Positions 35,940-47,658 of a DNA stretch of 64,000 nt are shown here, one piece after another. The stretch's first letter is position 1. The number at the start of each line of letters is the position of its first letter. Position numbers and translations under genes: made by a program. The stretch is from positions 687-64,686 of the forward strand of contig JAEZDP010000064.1 of the NCBI GenBank assembly GCA_023418055.1, in the 5' to 3' direction. Origin of the DNA: Acidobacteriota bacterium (GTDB lineage: Bacteria; Acidobacteriota; Vicinamibacteria; Vicinamibacterales; Vicinamibacteraceae). The notes under the pieces were generated by a model, which had not been told where the DNA came from, ran no database searches, and saw nothing but the letters and a program-made list of their open reading frames with translations.

Positions 35940-37376
35940 GTGACCGACACGGCTGAGCGACCGTTACCTCTCGTCATCCAGGGCGGCATGGGCGTGGGGG
36001 TGTCGCACTGGCGCCTCGCCCGAGCCGTGTCGCTCGCCGGCCAACTCGGCGTGGTGTCTGGCACGGCCCTCGACCAGACGCTGATGCGGCGCCTGCAGGA
36101 TGGCGACCCCGGCGGACACGTGCGCCGAGCCCTCGATCACTTTCCGCTGCCGGCCATCGCCGAGGCGGTGTGGTCGTCCTACTACGTGGCGGGCGGGAAG
36201 GCGCCGCGTGCCTCGTATCCCACGCTGCCGCTGCCCACGCTCCCGCTCGAGCGGGCCCGCGAACACCTGCTGGTGGTGGCGAACTTCGTCGAGGTCTGGC
36301 TGGCGCGTCACGGCCACGATCATCCTGTCGGCATCAACTACCTCGAGAAGATCCAGTGGCCCCACCTGCCGTCGCTGTACGGCGCGATGCTGGGTGGGGT
36401 GGACTACGTCCTGATGGGTGCCGGCATTCCACTGAAGATACCGGGCGCGCTCGACAGGCTGGCGAGTCATGCGCGGGCCACGTATCCGCTCGCGGTGACG
36501 GGGGCCGGCCGCGACGAGTCGTTTGCGGCGACGTTCGACCCTCGCGACGTCGTACCGCTGGAACTCGCGCCGCTGCGGCGTCCGCGTTTCCTGGCCATCG
36601 TCTCGTCCACCACGTTGGCCACCACGCTCGCCAGGCGGGCCAACGGCCACGTGGACGGCTTCGTCCTCGAAGGCCCGACGGCTGGCGGGCACAACGCGCC
36701 GCCCCGCGGACCACTCGTGACCGACGAGCAGGGGCAGCCGATCTACGGCCCGCGCGACGCCGTGGACCTGCCGCTGCTGCGTGCCCTTGGGCGGCCGTTC
36801 TGGCTGGCGGGCGGCTATGGCGCGCCCGGACGTCTGCCCGAGGCGCTCGCTGCCGGCGCCGCCGGCATCCAGGTGGGCACCGCCTTTGCCTTGTGCTCCG
36901 ACTCCGGTCTGAGGGCCGACGAGCGCGAGGCCATCACCGCTCAGGTGCGCCAGGGCACGGCGCGCGTGCGTACCGATGCCCTGGCGTCGCCCACTGGATT
37001 CCCTTTCAAGGTGGTGCACCTGCCTGGCACGTTGTCCGATCCCGAGGTGTACGCGGCTCGCCCACGCATCTGCGATCTGGGGTACCTGCGCGAGGCCTAT
37101 CGTCGTGAGGACGGGTCGCTGGGCTACCGCTGCGCGGCCGAGCCCGTGTCCACCTACGTGGCCAAGGGCGGACTCGTGGAGGACACCGTCGACCGCAAGT
37201 GCATCTGCAACGCGCTCGTGGCGAGCGGAGGGTATCCGCAGGTACGGGCCGGACGCCTGGTGGAGCCGGCCATCGTCACCTCCGGCGATGCGCTCGACGA
37301 CGTGCGGCACTTCATGCCGGCCGGCGCGTCGTCCTACACCGCCGCCGACGTGGTCCGCACGCTGCTCGGTACGTAA
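35940..37376 (+). CDS. Nitronate monooxygenase (2-nitropropane dioxygenase, NMO) family FMN protein, long form
   Basis: 478 aa with a GTG start. PLVIQGGMGVGVS and VDGFVLEGPTAGGHN are NMO-family motifs. Confidence 0.8.
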   Translation: MTDTAERPLPLVIQGGMGVGVSHWRLARAVSLAGQLGVVSGTALDQTLMRRLQDGDPGGHVRRALDHFPLPAIAEAVWSSYYVAGGKAPRASYPTLPLPTLPLERAREHLLVVANFVEVWLARHGHDHPVGINYLEKIQWPHLPSLYGAMLGGVDYVLMGAGIPLKIPGALDRLASHARATYPLAVTGAGRDESFAATFDPRDVVPLELAPLRRPRFLAIVSSTTLATTLARRANGHVDGFVLEGPTAGGHNAPPRGPLVTDEQGQPIYGPRDAVDLPLLRALGRPFWLAGGYGAPGRLPEALAAGAAGIQVGTAFALCSDSGLRADEREAITAQVRQGTARVRTDALASPTGFPFKVVHLPGTLSDPEVYAARPRICDLGYLREAYRREDGSLGYRCAAEPVSTYVAKGGLVEDTVDRKCICNALVASGGYPQVRAGRLVEPAIVTSGDALDDVRHFMPAGASSYTAADVVRTLLGT

Positions 37377-37388
37377 GGACGAGATTGC

Positions 37389-37613
37389 CTATCCGAGCCG
37401 GAACAGGTAGCGCAGCAGGCCCGCGTTGAGCGCCAGGCACGCGAGGCTGGCGAGCGCGGCGGGCCACACCACCGAGGTGTCGCCGCCCAGATAGGCATTC
37501 ATCGTCGCCGTCAGCAGCCACAACTGCAGGACGACGATCACCACCACCACCAGCAGGATGCCGTTGACGATGGTGAGGCGCTGCCGTCGGCTCACGCGGG
37601 TGCGGCCGGTCAT
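37389..37613 (-). CDS. Small two-TM membrane protein, last gene of the Mo/Rieske operon
   Basis: 74 aa ([34 protein letters not shown]...ALASLACLALNAGLLRYLF). ATG 37613 overlaps the Rieske stop (ATGA). It is the C-terminal part of track ORF 37389..37805. Confidence 0.6.
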   Translation of the reverse strand: MTGRTRVSRRQRLTIVNGILLVVVVIVVLQLWLLTATMNAYLGGDTSVVWPAALASLACLALNAGLLRYLFRLG

Positions 37614-38173
37614 GTCGGGGCCTCGTCGACGCCCGTCGCGTAGATGCCGTCCCCGCGGACCTCGACGTGCACCCTGGGCAGCGCACGAGGTGGGGGTCCG
37701 GCGACCGGCTGGCCTGTGTGGAGATCGAACCAGCCGTTGTGGCAGGGGCAGTGCAGCCGGCCCTGCTCGACGGCCGGTACGACAGGGCAGAGGAGGTGCG
37801 TGCACTGCTGGTCGTAGGCGACGTAGCCGCGCTCGCCGGTGCGCACGAGCAGGCGCGGCGTGCTGCCTGCAGGGTAGGTGAACGTCTTGGCGCCGCCGAC
37901 CGGCAGTTCGTCGAGGGCGGCAATCCGGGTGGCCGGCGCCGCGGCGGCGGCGGGCCGCAGGCTCTTCAGCACAATCCAGAACTGGCCGGCGACGAAGGCC
38001 GCGCTCGTCAGCACGATGAACTTGGCGAGTTCACGCCGCGAGACGTAGTCGTCCTGGCCGGCGTCGATCGGGAAGTCCTGCCGCCAGCGGGGCTGCACCT
38101 CGTGGGGTGCGCCGTCGGGCGGCGTCGTGAGGCGGTCGGACGGACTGGCGTGTGGGGCCGGTCGGGGAATCAT
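37610..38173 (-). CDS. Membrane-anchored Rieske [2Fe-2S] protein, bc-complex/arsenite-oxidase type
   Basis: 187 aa. Box I is CTHLLC and box II is CPCHNG (CTHLGC/CPCHGS type, including the extra disulfide Cys). SRRELAKF plus a hydrophobic helix ([17 protein letters not shown]) resembles a TAT signal-anchor. The ATG overlaps the upstream stop (ATGA). Confidence 0.9.
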   Translation of the reverse strand: MIPRPAPHASPSDRLTTPPDGAPHEVQPRWRQDFPIDAGQDDYVSRRELAKFIVLTSAAFVAGQFWIVLKSLRPAAAAAPATRIAALDELPVGGAKTFTYPAGSTPRLLVRTGERGYVAYDQQCTHLLCPVVPAVEQGRLHCPCHNGWFDLHTGQPVAGPPPRALPRVHVEVRGDGIYATGVDEAPT

Positions 38174-38826
38174 CGCGTGGGGTCTCCCACGGCCGGCGGT
38201 GCGTCGGCGTCGAAGGCGTTGTCCAGCACGTCCTGCGTGATGGTGGGCTCGTGCATGGCCGCCGTCACGTCCACGATGGCGTCGGCAGTGGCAGCCGGCA
38301 TCATCAGCTGCACCTTCGTGCGGATGACCTGACGACCGAACTGGAACGTATTGACCGGTGCGGCGTTCGGTCGCAGGCGACGCATCTCCTCACGCGTGCC
38401 GAAGGCGAGCGCCTGGCTCGGACACACCGACGCACACCACGGCTTGAGGCCGACCGACGTGCGGTCGTAGCACATGTCGCACTTCATCATCAGCGACATG
38501 CCGGTCTGCATCTTGGGCACGCCGAAGGGGCACGCCAGCACGCAGTTGTTGCACGCGATGCAGCGGGGCTTGCGCGCCGTCTGCACGATGCCGTCCTCGG
38601 TGCGCTTGATGGCATCGGCAGGGCAGACCTCCGCGCACGTGGGCGTGTCGCAGTGCAGGCAGACGACCGGTGCGGTCTGCGTGGAGTGCGCACGGTCCAC
38701 GTAGTCGAGTTGAATCATCGACTGGCCCTTATGCGTGTCGCACTCGGTGCACGCCTGGATGCAGGCCTGGCAGCCGATGCACCGGGCCGGGTCGATGAAG
38801 AACTCGTAGGTCTCGGGGACGGGCAT
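38170..38826 (-). CDS. Four-cluster 4Fe-4S ferredoxin subunit (DmsB/NrfC/HybA-like)
   Basis: 218 aa with GGAGGAG before ATG 38826. There are four Cys groups: [37 protein letters not shown] and CDMC...CASVCP. Confidence 0.9.
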   Translation of the reverse strand: MPVPETYEFFIDPARCIGCQACIQACTECDTHKGQSMIQLDYVDRAHSTQTAPVVCLHCDTPTCAEVCPADAIKRTEDGIVQTARKPRCIACNNCVLACPFGVPKMQTGMSLMMKCDMCYDRTSVGLKPWCASVCPSQALAFGTREEMRRLRPNAAPVNTFQFGRQVIRTKVQLMMPAATADAIVDVTAAMHEPTITQDVLDNAFDADAPPAVGDPTR

Positions 38827-38839
38827 GCGACTCCTCCGC

Positions 38840-41127
<2,288 letters not shown>

Positions 41128-41131
<4 letters not shown>

Positions 41132-42279
41132 GGGTAGAAGTTCTCCGCATCCTCGCGACCGAGGGGCCCCTGTCCGACACCGGTGTTGACGTGCACGGGC
41201 ATGGGCCGCACCGCTGACGCGTCGGTGGGCGCGCCGCCGCCGCGGCGGCCCTGCCACGCCAGCGCCTGGGCCGTCACAAACGACGCCCGGCGGCACCTCG
41301 GGCAGATCCACTGGTAGTGCCCGGCGGGGTCGTCAGGCAGGTTGTAGTCGAAGCCGAGCCGGCGCTGTACCTCGATGAGATCTTCCACGTGCATGCGCGA
41401 ACTGAAGGCGTGCCCGCACCGGCGGCACAGGGCCGGTTCGCCGTCACGCCCGGCGTCCTTGTAGAAGGTCACGCCCAGCTGCGCGGGGCGCTGGAACACG
41501 TGAAAGAACTTGCCGAAGGGCAGCCACAGGAACGTGCCGATCACCGTCACCGCGTGCAGGATGGCGATGAACGTGTACGCGTAGCCCTTCATCCAGGTGT
41601 AGCTGGCCGTCAGCATCAGGCCCGTGATGCTCACCGCAAAGAGCAGGATGAGGGGCATGAAGTCTTCGACGAAGCGCTGCACGGCCATCGGCCCCTGCTC
41701 GCGCATCCGCCGCCGCATCGCCAGCATCACGCCGGCGATGACGAGAAACGACGACCACACCAGGCCGTGAAAGAGCAGGAACGCGATGAGCGAGTCGTGC
41801 GGAAAGCGGAAGGCGGGGAAGCCGAAGACCATGGCTTCGTAGAGCGCCAGGTCGTCCTGCACCGGCCGGAAGTACAGCCAGCCGAACACGAGCGGGAAGG
41901 TGATGGCGACGGCCAGCAGGCAGCCCCACATGATGAGCAGGTGGGTGATGCCCCGCAGGCGATCGCGCGCGAAGATGAAGCGGTTGGCGAGCACGTCCAC
42001 GCCGACACGCTGCACGCCGGTCGCCACGTTGCGCAGGCGCCAGCCGCGGCGGAAGAACGCCTGCCATCCCCGCCGCCAGTAGAGGCCGGTCGGCGGCCGC
42101 TGCAGCCACATGGCATAGCGGTAGGTGAGACCGAAGGTGGCAAAGAGCACGGCAAACGTGTAGGCCACCAGCGCCGCGTCGAAGTGGGCGAGGTTGCGCG
42201 AGCCCACCACGATGAGGGCGGCCAGCGCCAGCGTGAAGCCCAGGCCCCACGCCACGGATCGAGTCACGGCGGACGTCAT
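41128..42279 (-). CDS. NarI/DsrM-like dihaem cytochrome b membrane subunit with extra N-terminal helices and a C-terminal CxxC...CxxC tail
   Basis: 383 aa from ATG 42279. His pairs have the E. coli NarI spacings: [11 protein letters not shown] (10 apart) and [19 protein letters not shown] (18 apart). The NarI-family PF.K..H motif is present. The tail reads CRRCGHAF...(about 35 aa)...CPRCRR. Confidence 0.8.
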
Positions 42280-42367
42280 CGGCGACAGGTCCCCAGGGTG
42301 CCTCGTGCACCCGTACTCTTGGCGCATCCTATGAAGTGTGCGAGGACGCGTCAACCTCCGTCCACGC

Positions 42368-43573
42368 ATGGGTCAGGAATCGGGTACCTTTAAGCGCGTG
42401 ACGACACTTCGAGACGAAAGTCTGGCCAGGCGACAGCTGTGGCTCGCCACGCTGTCGTTCGGGTTGTGCTTCGCGGCGTGGGGCCTCATCAGCGCCTTTG
42501 CCCCGACGTTCCGCGAGGAGTTCGGACTCAGCGGACAGGCGACGTCGCTGCTGATTGCCGTGCCCGTGCTGCTGGGGTCGCTGGCGCGGCTGCCCATGGG
42601 GATGCTCACCGACCGGTTCGGCGGGCGTCTCGTCTTCACCGTGCTCTTCGTGGCCGTGGCCGTCTCGGCGGCCATCGTGCCGCTGGCCGGCCGGTTCGAG
42701 ACGCTGCTCGTGTTTGCGTTCTTCCTGGGCCTCGCCGGTTCCTCCTTCGCGGTGGGCGTCGGCTTCGTGTCGCCGTGGTTCCCCGCGGCCAGACAGGGCA
42801 CCGCCCTCGGCATCTACGGTCTCGGCACCATGGGACAGTCGGCGGCCGTGTTCCTCGGGCCGGTGCTTGCCGCCTCGTTCGGCCGCGACGCCGTCTTCCT
42901 CGGTCTCGCCGCCGTCATCGCGCTGTGGGCCGTGGCCTTCGTGCTGCTGGCGCGCGACGCGCCCTCGACCCGGCCGCCCGCCACCGTGGCCGCCATGGTG
43001 TCGGTGCTCACATCCGGCACGCTCGCCTGGGTGCTGGCGGCCTTCTACTTCGTCACCTTCGGCGGGTTCGTGGCCTTCTCGGTGTATCTGCCCACGCTGC
43101 TGCGCGACGAGTTCGGCCTCACGCTGGCCGACGCCGGGTTCCGTGCTGCGGGCTTCGTGGTGCTGGCCACACTGATGCGCCCCGTTGGCGGGAACCTCGC
43201 CGACCGCCACGGCGGTGCCCGCGTGTTGTCGGGCGTGTTCCTCGCGACGTTGCCCTTCGGGCTGCTGCTGACGTGGCCGGCGATGGTGCCGTTCACGATC
43301 GGCGCCCTCGGCACGGCGGCGCTGCTCGGCGTCGGCAACGGCGCCGTCTTCAAGCTCGTCCCCCAGTACTTTCCGGGCAGCACCGCCACGGTCACCGGCC
43401 TGGTCGGTGCCGTCGGCGGCCTTGGCGGGTTCTTTCCCCCGCTGCTGCTCGGGTTCTTCCGCGACCGCACCGGTGAGGTCTGGCCCGGCTTCGTGCTGCT
43501 GGTCGCCACCGTGGCCCTGCTCTGGCTGCTGAACGCCCGCGTGCTGTTGCGGCAGCCTCAGCCCACGCACTGA
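42368..43573 (+). CDS. narK: NarK/NasA-family nitrate/nitrite transporter (MFS)
   Basis: About 401 aa from ATG 42368 (alternative GTG 42398). It has 12 TM helices. The motifs [35 protein letters not shown] and [16 protein letters not shown] are typical NNP-family signatures. Confidence 0.85.
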   Translation: MGQESGTFKRVTTLRDESLARRQLWLATLSFGLCFAAWGLISAFAPTFREEFGLSGQATSLLIAVPVLLGSLARLPMGMLTDRFGGRLVFTVLFVAVAVSAAIVPLAGRFETLLVFAFFLGLAGSSFAVGVGFVSPWFPAARQGTALGIYGLGTMGQSAAVFLGPVLAASFGRDAVFLGLAAVIALWAVAFVLLARDAPSTRPPATVAAMVSVLTSGTLAWVLAAFYFVTFGGFVAFSVYLPTLLRDEFGLTLADAGFRAAGFVVLATLMRPVGGNLADRHGGARVLSGVFLATLPFGLLLTWPAMVPFTIGALGTAALLGVGNGAVFKLVPQYFPGSTATVTGLVGAVGGLGGFFPPLLLGFFRDRTGEVWPGFVLLVATVALLWLLNARVLLRQPQPTH

Positions 43574-43634
43574 CGTCCCCACACCGGCTGCGGCGATTGC
43601 GCCGGCGCAACGCGCGAAAGCGCCTCGCCGTGCG

Positions 43635-44945
43635 ATGGTGCGGGGGATGTCTGCCCCCGACCCGCTCTCGCCCGCGCGCCGCCTGTGGCTGCCAGCGCCG
43701 GTCCTGCCGCTTGCCTATTTCGCAGGCGCCCACCTTTCGCTGCTCGTGGGCTGTGTGATTCTCGTGCTCGCGCCAGCGACCGCCGGCGCGTTCCACTATC
43801 ACCCGCGGATGATCGCGCTGACGCACCTCCTCACGCTGGGTTGGGTGACCGGTTCCATCCTTGGCGCCCTCTACATCGTCGGACCGCTGGCCCTTGGGTG
43901 TCCGATGCCCGTACGGCGCGCCGATGTCCTGGCGGCCGTGGCCTTCTGGGCGGGGACGGCCGGCATGGTGACGGGCTTCTGGACGGGGCAGTACGCCTGG
44001 GTCGGGCTCTCGGCGCTGGCCGTGCTTGTCGCGCTGATCGGTGTCTGCGTCCGGCTCACGCTGGGCCTGTGGACGGCTCGCGTGCCGCGCGGCGTGACGA
44101 TGCACATCGTGCTGGCGTTTGCCAACATCGTCGGCGCGGGCGGGCTGGGCATCTACATGGCCCTGACGCGGGGAACCGCCCACGCGGTGTCGCCCATCGC
44201 GATGGCCGCCGCTCACGCACACCTCGCCACGATCGGCTGGGCCGTGATGATGATCGTGGGCGTGGCGTATCGCCTCGTGCCGATGTTCCTGCCGGCGGCG
44301 ATGCCCTCGAGCCGGACCCTCGTGTGGAGTGCGGTGTTGCTCGAAGCCGGCGCGCTGGGTACCGCGTGGGGCCTTGCGGTGGGGCGTGACACGACCTTTG
44401 CCGCCGCAGCGGTGGCTGGCGGCCTCGTGGTGTTCAGCCTGCAGATCAGGCGGACGCTACGCGAACGGCGTCCGCGCCCCGCGGCCATGCGTGGACGTGA
44501 CTGGGCGACGTGGCAGACGCATGCGGCGCTCGCGTGCCTGCCCCTCGCCCTTGGACTCGGCGTGTGGATCTCGTGGCAGCCCGCCCCGACGCCCTGGACG
44601 TGGGTCTACGGCGTGGTCGCGCTCCTGGGATGCGTGGCGCAGATGGTCGTCGGCGTCCAGGGACGGCTGCTGCCGATGCACGCGTGGTACATCGCCATGC
44701 GGCGACGTCAGGGCGGCCAGCCCGCGCTGTCGGTCCACGCGCTGTACGAGGCCCCTGTGGCAGGTGTGATCTTCGCCTTGTGGACCCTCGCCCTCATCGC
44801 CCTGGCCGTAGGCCTTGCGTGGCAGGCGCACGCTGTCGTCAGCGGCGGGGCAGCGGCGCTCGGGTTCGCGCTCTGCGTGCAGGTCGGCTACGGCATCCGC
44901 ATGGTGTCACGGGCCTGCAGTCCGGCGCCGATGGCGACATCGTAA
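43635..44945 (+). CDS. 12-TM membrane protein of unknown function with conserved His motifs (possibly haem-copper-oxidase/NnrS-like)
   Basis: 436 aa; I count 12 hydrophobic helices. A recurring motif appears in helices 2, 6 and 10: THLLTLGWVTGSILGALYIVGPL, AHAHLATIGWAVMMIVGVAYRLVPMF and VAQMVVGVQGRLLPMH. No family assignment is possible by eye. Confidence 0.7.
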   Translation: MVRGMSAPDPLSPARRLWLPAPVLPLAYFAGAHLSLLVGCVILVLAPATAGAFHYHPRMIALTHLLTLGWVTGSILGALYIVGPLALGCPMPVRRADVLAAVAFWAGTAGMVTGFWTGQYAWVGLSALAVLVALIGVCVRLTLGLWTARVPRGVTMHIVLAFANIVGAGGLGIYMALTRGTAHAVSPIAMAAAHAHLATIGWAVMMIVGVAYRLVPMFLPAAMPSSRTLVWSAVLLEAGALGTAWGLAVGRDTTFAAAAVAGGLVVFSLQIRRTLRERRPRPAAMRGRDWATWQTHAALACLPLALGLGVWISWQPAPTPWTWVYGVVALLGCVAQMVVGVQGRLLPMHAWYIAMRRRQGGQPALSVHALYEAPVAGVIFALWTLALIALAVGLAWQAHAVVSGGAAALGFALCVQVGYGIRMVSRACSPAPMATS

Positions 44946-46312
44946 ACGGCCCGGGCCTTGTGGGCTTCGGCAATGGCGGCAATCTGCCGGTTCGCGGCGT
45001 CGGCCGCCGCCAGTTCGCGCAGGTTCACGAGGAACTGTGTCGAGTCGCCGAGCGTGAAGCGCTCCCGCTCCGCCTCCTCCAGCTCACGGGCCACGCGCGC
45101 TTCCGCGCCGACGAGGTCGGCCACCTCCAGCGCCGCATTGAGCGCGCTTGCGGCATCCTCGATCTCGGTGCGCACGCGATCGCGCGCGAACCGTAGCTCC
45201 GCATCGACGCGTGCGAGCAGCGCGGTCGCCGACTGTACCGCCCCGCGCGCCCGGCGCCGCTGGACGGGCAACCCGAACGCCACGCCGGCGTCGACTTCGG
45301 TCCCGCGAAGGCTCGACGGTCCGGCCCCGGCGTCGCGCGCCACCTGCGTGAAGAGATCCAGCGACGGCAGCAGGTCGTTGGAGGCCAGCGCCAGCGCGGT
45401 CTGCTGTTGCGCCCGCTGCAACAGCAGGGCGCGAACGTCCGGACGCGTCTGCTGCGCGTCGATGACGTGCGCTTCGATCTCGGCGCGCCCGAGCGCGGGG
45501 GGCGGTGCCGGCAAGGCGGCCGGCATGGCCTGGACTTCCGGCAGGCGCGGACGGCCATCGTCGTGGCGGTAGTAGAGCGACAGGGCCAGCCCCTGCCGCT
45601 CGGTCTGCCGGCGTGCGCGCACCACCTCCGACTGGCGCTGGAGAATCGCGCGGCGGTTGTCCACCTGTTCGATAGGCGCAATCTGGCCGAACCGGATGGC
45701 GTCGGCCAGGTCGCGGTCGCGCCGTTCGGCCAGCGACAGCAACTCGCCGGCCACCGCCTGCTGCTGCCCGGCCGCCACCCAGTCCCAGTAGCGTAGCGCG
45801 GCTTCGCCACGGAATCGCAGGCGTGCGACGTCCACCCGCTGTTCGGCGAGCTGCCGGCCCAGGGCCGTCTGCTCGAGCGCCCCGCGCCGGCCGTCGATGC
45901 GCCGGTTGCGCAGCAGGGGAATGGCGAGGCCCGCGCGCCACTCGCCATCGCTCAGCGTCTGCGCCTTGCCGTCATACGGCGCAAAGCTGCCTCGACCGAT
46001 GCGGTAGCCGCTGAACAGGTTCATCCCGCCCGTACGAAGCGGCTGGGTGATGCCGGCAAAGCCGGTCTCGTTGTCGTAGCCGGCGCCCCCCAGGACATCG
46101 GCGCCTGCCGACAGCTGAAGGTCGAAGGCCCCCTGTGCCGCGAGGGCCTCACCGCTGGCGGCCTCTTCTTCGCGGCGCGCCGCGTCGAGCAACGGAAGGG
46201 CCCGATCCACGGCCTCGAGGACCGTTTCGAGGGTGAGCGCCGGTTGTGCCGGCGCCGGAACGGGCACCGCCGCGCACACGAGCACGGCGAGCCATAGATG
46301 CCGCAGCGTCAC
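44888..46312 (-). CDS. TolC-family outer-membrane efflux protein
   Basis: GTG 46312 overlaps the HlyD-like stop (GTGA). It has a signal peptide (LWLAVLVCAAVPVPAPAQ) and two OEP-type repeats with coiled-coil heptads. Confidence 0.85.
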   Translation of the reverse strand: MTLRHLWLAVLVCAAVPVPAPAQPALTLETVLEAVDRALPLLDAARREEEAASGEALAAQGAFDLQLSAGADVLGGAGYDNETGFAGITQPLRTGGMNLFSGYRIGRGSFAPYDGKAQTLSDGEWRAGLAIPLLRNRRIDGRRGALEQTALGRQLAEQRVDVARLRFRGEAALRYWDWVAAGQQQAVAGELLSLAERRDRDLADAIRFGQIAPIEQVDNRRAILQRQSEVVRARRQTERQGLALSLYYRHDDGRPRLPEVQAMPAALPAPPPALGRAEIEAHVIDAQQTRPDVRALLLQRAQQQTALALASNDLLPSLDLFTQVARDAGAGPSSLRGTEVDAGVAFGLPVQRRRARGAVQSATALLARVDAELRFARDRVRTEIEDAASALNAALEVADLVGAEARVARELEEAERERFTLGDSTQFLVNLRELAAADAANRQIAAIAEAHKARAVYDVAIGAGLQARDTMRMP

Positions 46313-47658
46313 GCGCCGCCCGCCTTCCCGGCACCAGCACCCGGGGTCGTGCCTTTCGTCGGAGGCTCGAGCGCCACGACGGGCGGGAAGCCGTTGAACT
46401 GGCGCCACAACTCGTAGCCGAGCGACACGACGTCGAGCAACACCCAGCCGTTGGCGCGGACGCCCTGGCGCAGGTACTGCTGCGTCGGCCAGGGGTCATC
46501 GGCGGGATCGGGTTCGACCAGCACACGGAACTTGCCGAGGCCGTCGTCGGTCGCATCGACGAGCAGGACGCGTCCGCCGAACGTGCCCACGGCGACCGAC
46601 GGCCAGCCGCTGAACTGGAGCGCCGGCCAGCCTTCGAACTGCAGCCGCACCGTCCGTCCGGGGCTGACCATCGGGACGTCGTTGCCGTCGAGGAACAACT
46701 CCACGACGGTCCGCGTGGTGTGTGGGACGAGGACGACCAGCGGCGCCCCGCTCTTCAGCATCTCGCCGCTCTGCCGCGCGATCACACGCCACACGGTGCC
46801 GGAGACGGGTGCGAGCACGCGCTGCGTCTGCTGCCTGGCGAGCCGCACGTCGATGCGTGCCAGTTCACCACGGGCCTTGGCGAGGTCGCTCACGGCCGAC
46901 GCGTGGGAGGCCCACGCCTCATCGATGCGCGTGTCGGCGTCGGCATCGGTACGCAGGCGTTCCTGGTCGAGCGACGCCTGCTCATGGCGCGCCGCGTTGA
47001 GTGCCGCCACGGCGCGGTCCACGTCGGCCACGCCCTTGGCGGCGTCGAGTTCCGCGAGTTCCACGGCGCGGGTGGAGGTCAGCCCTCGCGCTTCGAGTGC
47101 GCGCTGCCGCTCGAGGTTCAATTCGGCGGTCACGCGCGCTGCACGCGCGGCGGCGAGAGCACGGTCGGCGGCCTCCACGCGTTCGACGGCCATGCGCACT
47201 CGCAGATCCGCCGCCTCGACGCCGGTCGTCTGCGTCCGCTGCAGCCCACCGATTCGCTCCTCGACCGCCCGAATCCGCTTCTCGGTGGCGTCGATGGTCC
47301 TGACGACCGAGTCGCGTTCCTCGGCGAGACGCTCGAGGATGGACGGGTCGTTGTCGGACAGGTCCACCAGCGGGTCGCCCTTCTCGACCGACGACCCTTC
47401 CACCACGTGCCAGCGGACGATGCGGCCGTCGATGGGGGCCTCGACGTTCTGAGGCCGCTCCTCGGGGTTGTAGGCGATGACGCGCCCGGTACCGGTGACG
47501 TTCTGCTGCCACGGCGTCACCACCAGCAGGACGGCCGCGCCGCCGATGAGCAGCAGCAGCAGCCGTGCCAGCACGCGTGCCGCCCGCGGCGCATGCAGCG
47601 CCTGCAGCGCCACACGGCCTTCGGTTCGCCAATGGGTCGTGGAGCGGACCGGTCTCAT
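46309..47658 (-). CDS. HlyD-family periplasmic adaptor (membrane fusion protein)
   Basis: 449 aa from ATG 47658 (ATGA overlap). It has an N-terminal TM helix, a lipoyl-like segment (IDGRIVRWHVVEGSSVEKGDPLVDL), a long coiled coil and a beta-barrel C-terminus. Confidence 0.85.
   Translation of the reverse strand: MRPVRSTTHWRTEGRVALQALHAPRAARVLARLLLLLIGGAAVLLVVTPWQQNVTGTGRVIAYNPEERPQNVEAPIDGRIVRWHVVEGSSVEKGDPLVDLSDNDPSILERLAEERDSVVRTIDATEKRIRAVEERIGGLQRTQTTGVEAADLRVRMAVERVEAADRALAAARAARVTAELNLERQRALEARGLTSTRAVELAELDAAKGVADVDRAVAALNAARHEQASLDQERLRTDADADTRIDEAWASHASAVSDLAKARGELARIDVRLARQQTQRVLAPVSGTVWRVIARQSGEMLKSGAPLVVLVPHTTRTVVELFLDGNDVPMVSPGRTVRLQFEGWPALQFSGWPSVAVGTFGGRVLLVDATDDGLGKFRVLVEPDPADDPWPTQQYLRQGVRANGWVLLDVVSLGYELWRQFNGFPPVVALEPPTKGTTPGAGAGKAGGA

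Noticed and set aside
42280-42367. A Moco riboswitch upstream of the Mo operon, or an M-box upstream of mgtE (14589..14611).
   Set aside because: The intergenic spaces (88 nt and 23 nt) are too short for these RNAs. I could not see their conserved cores.
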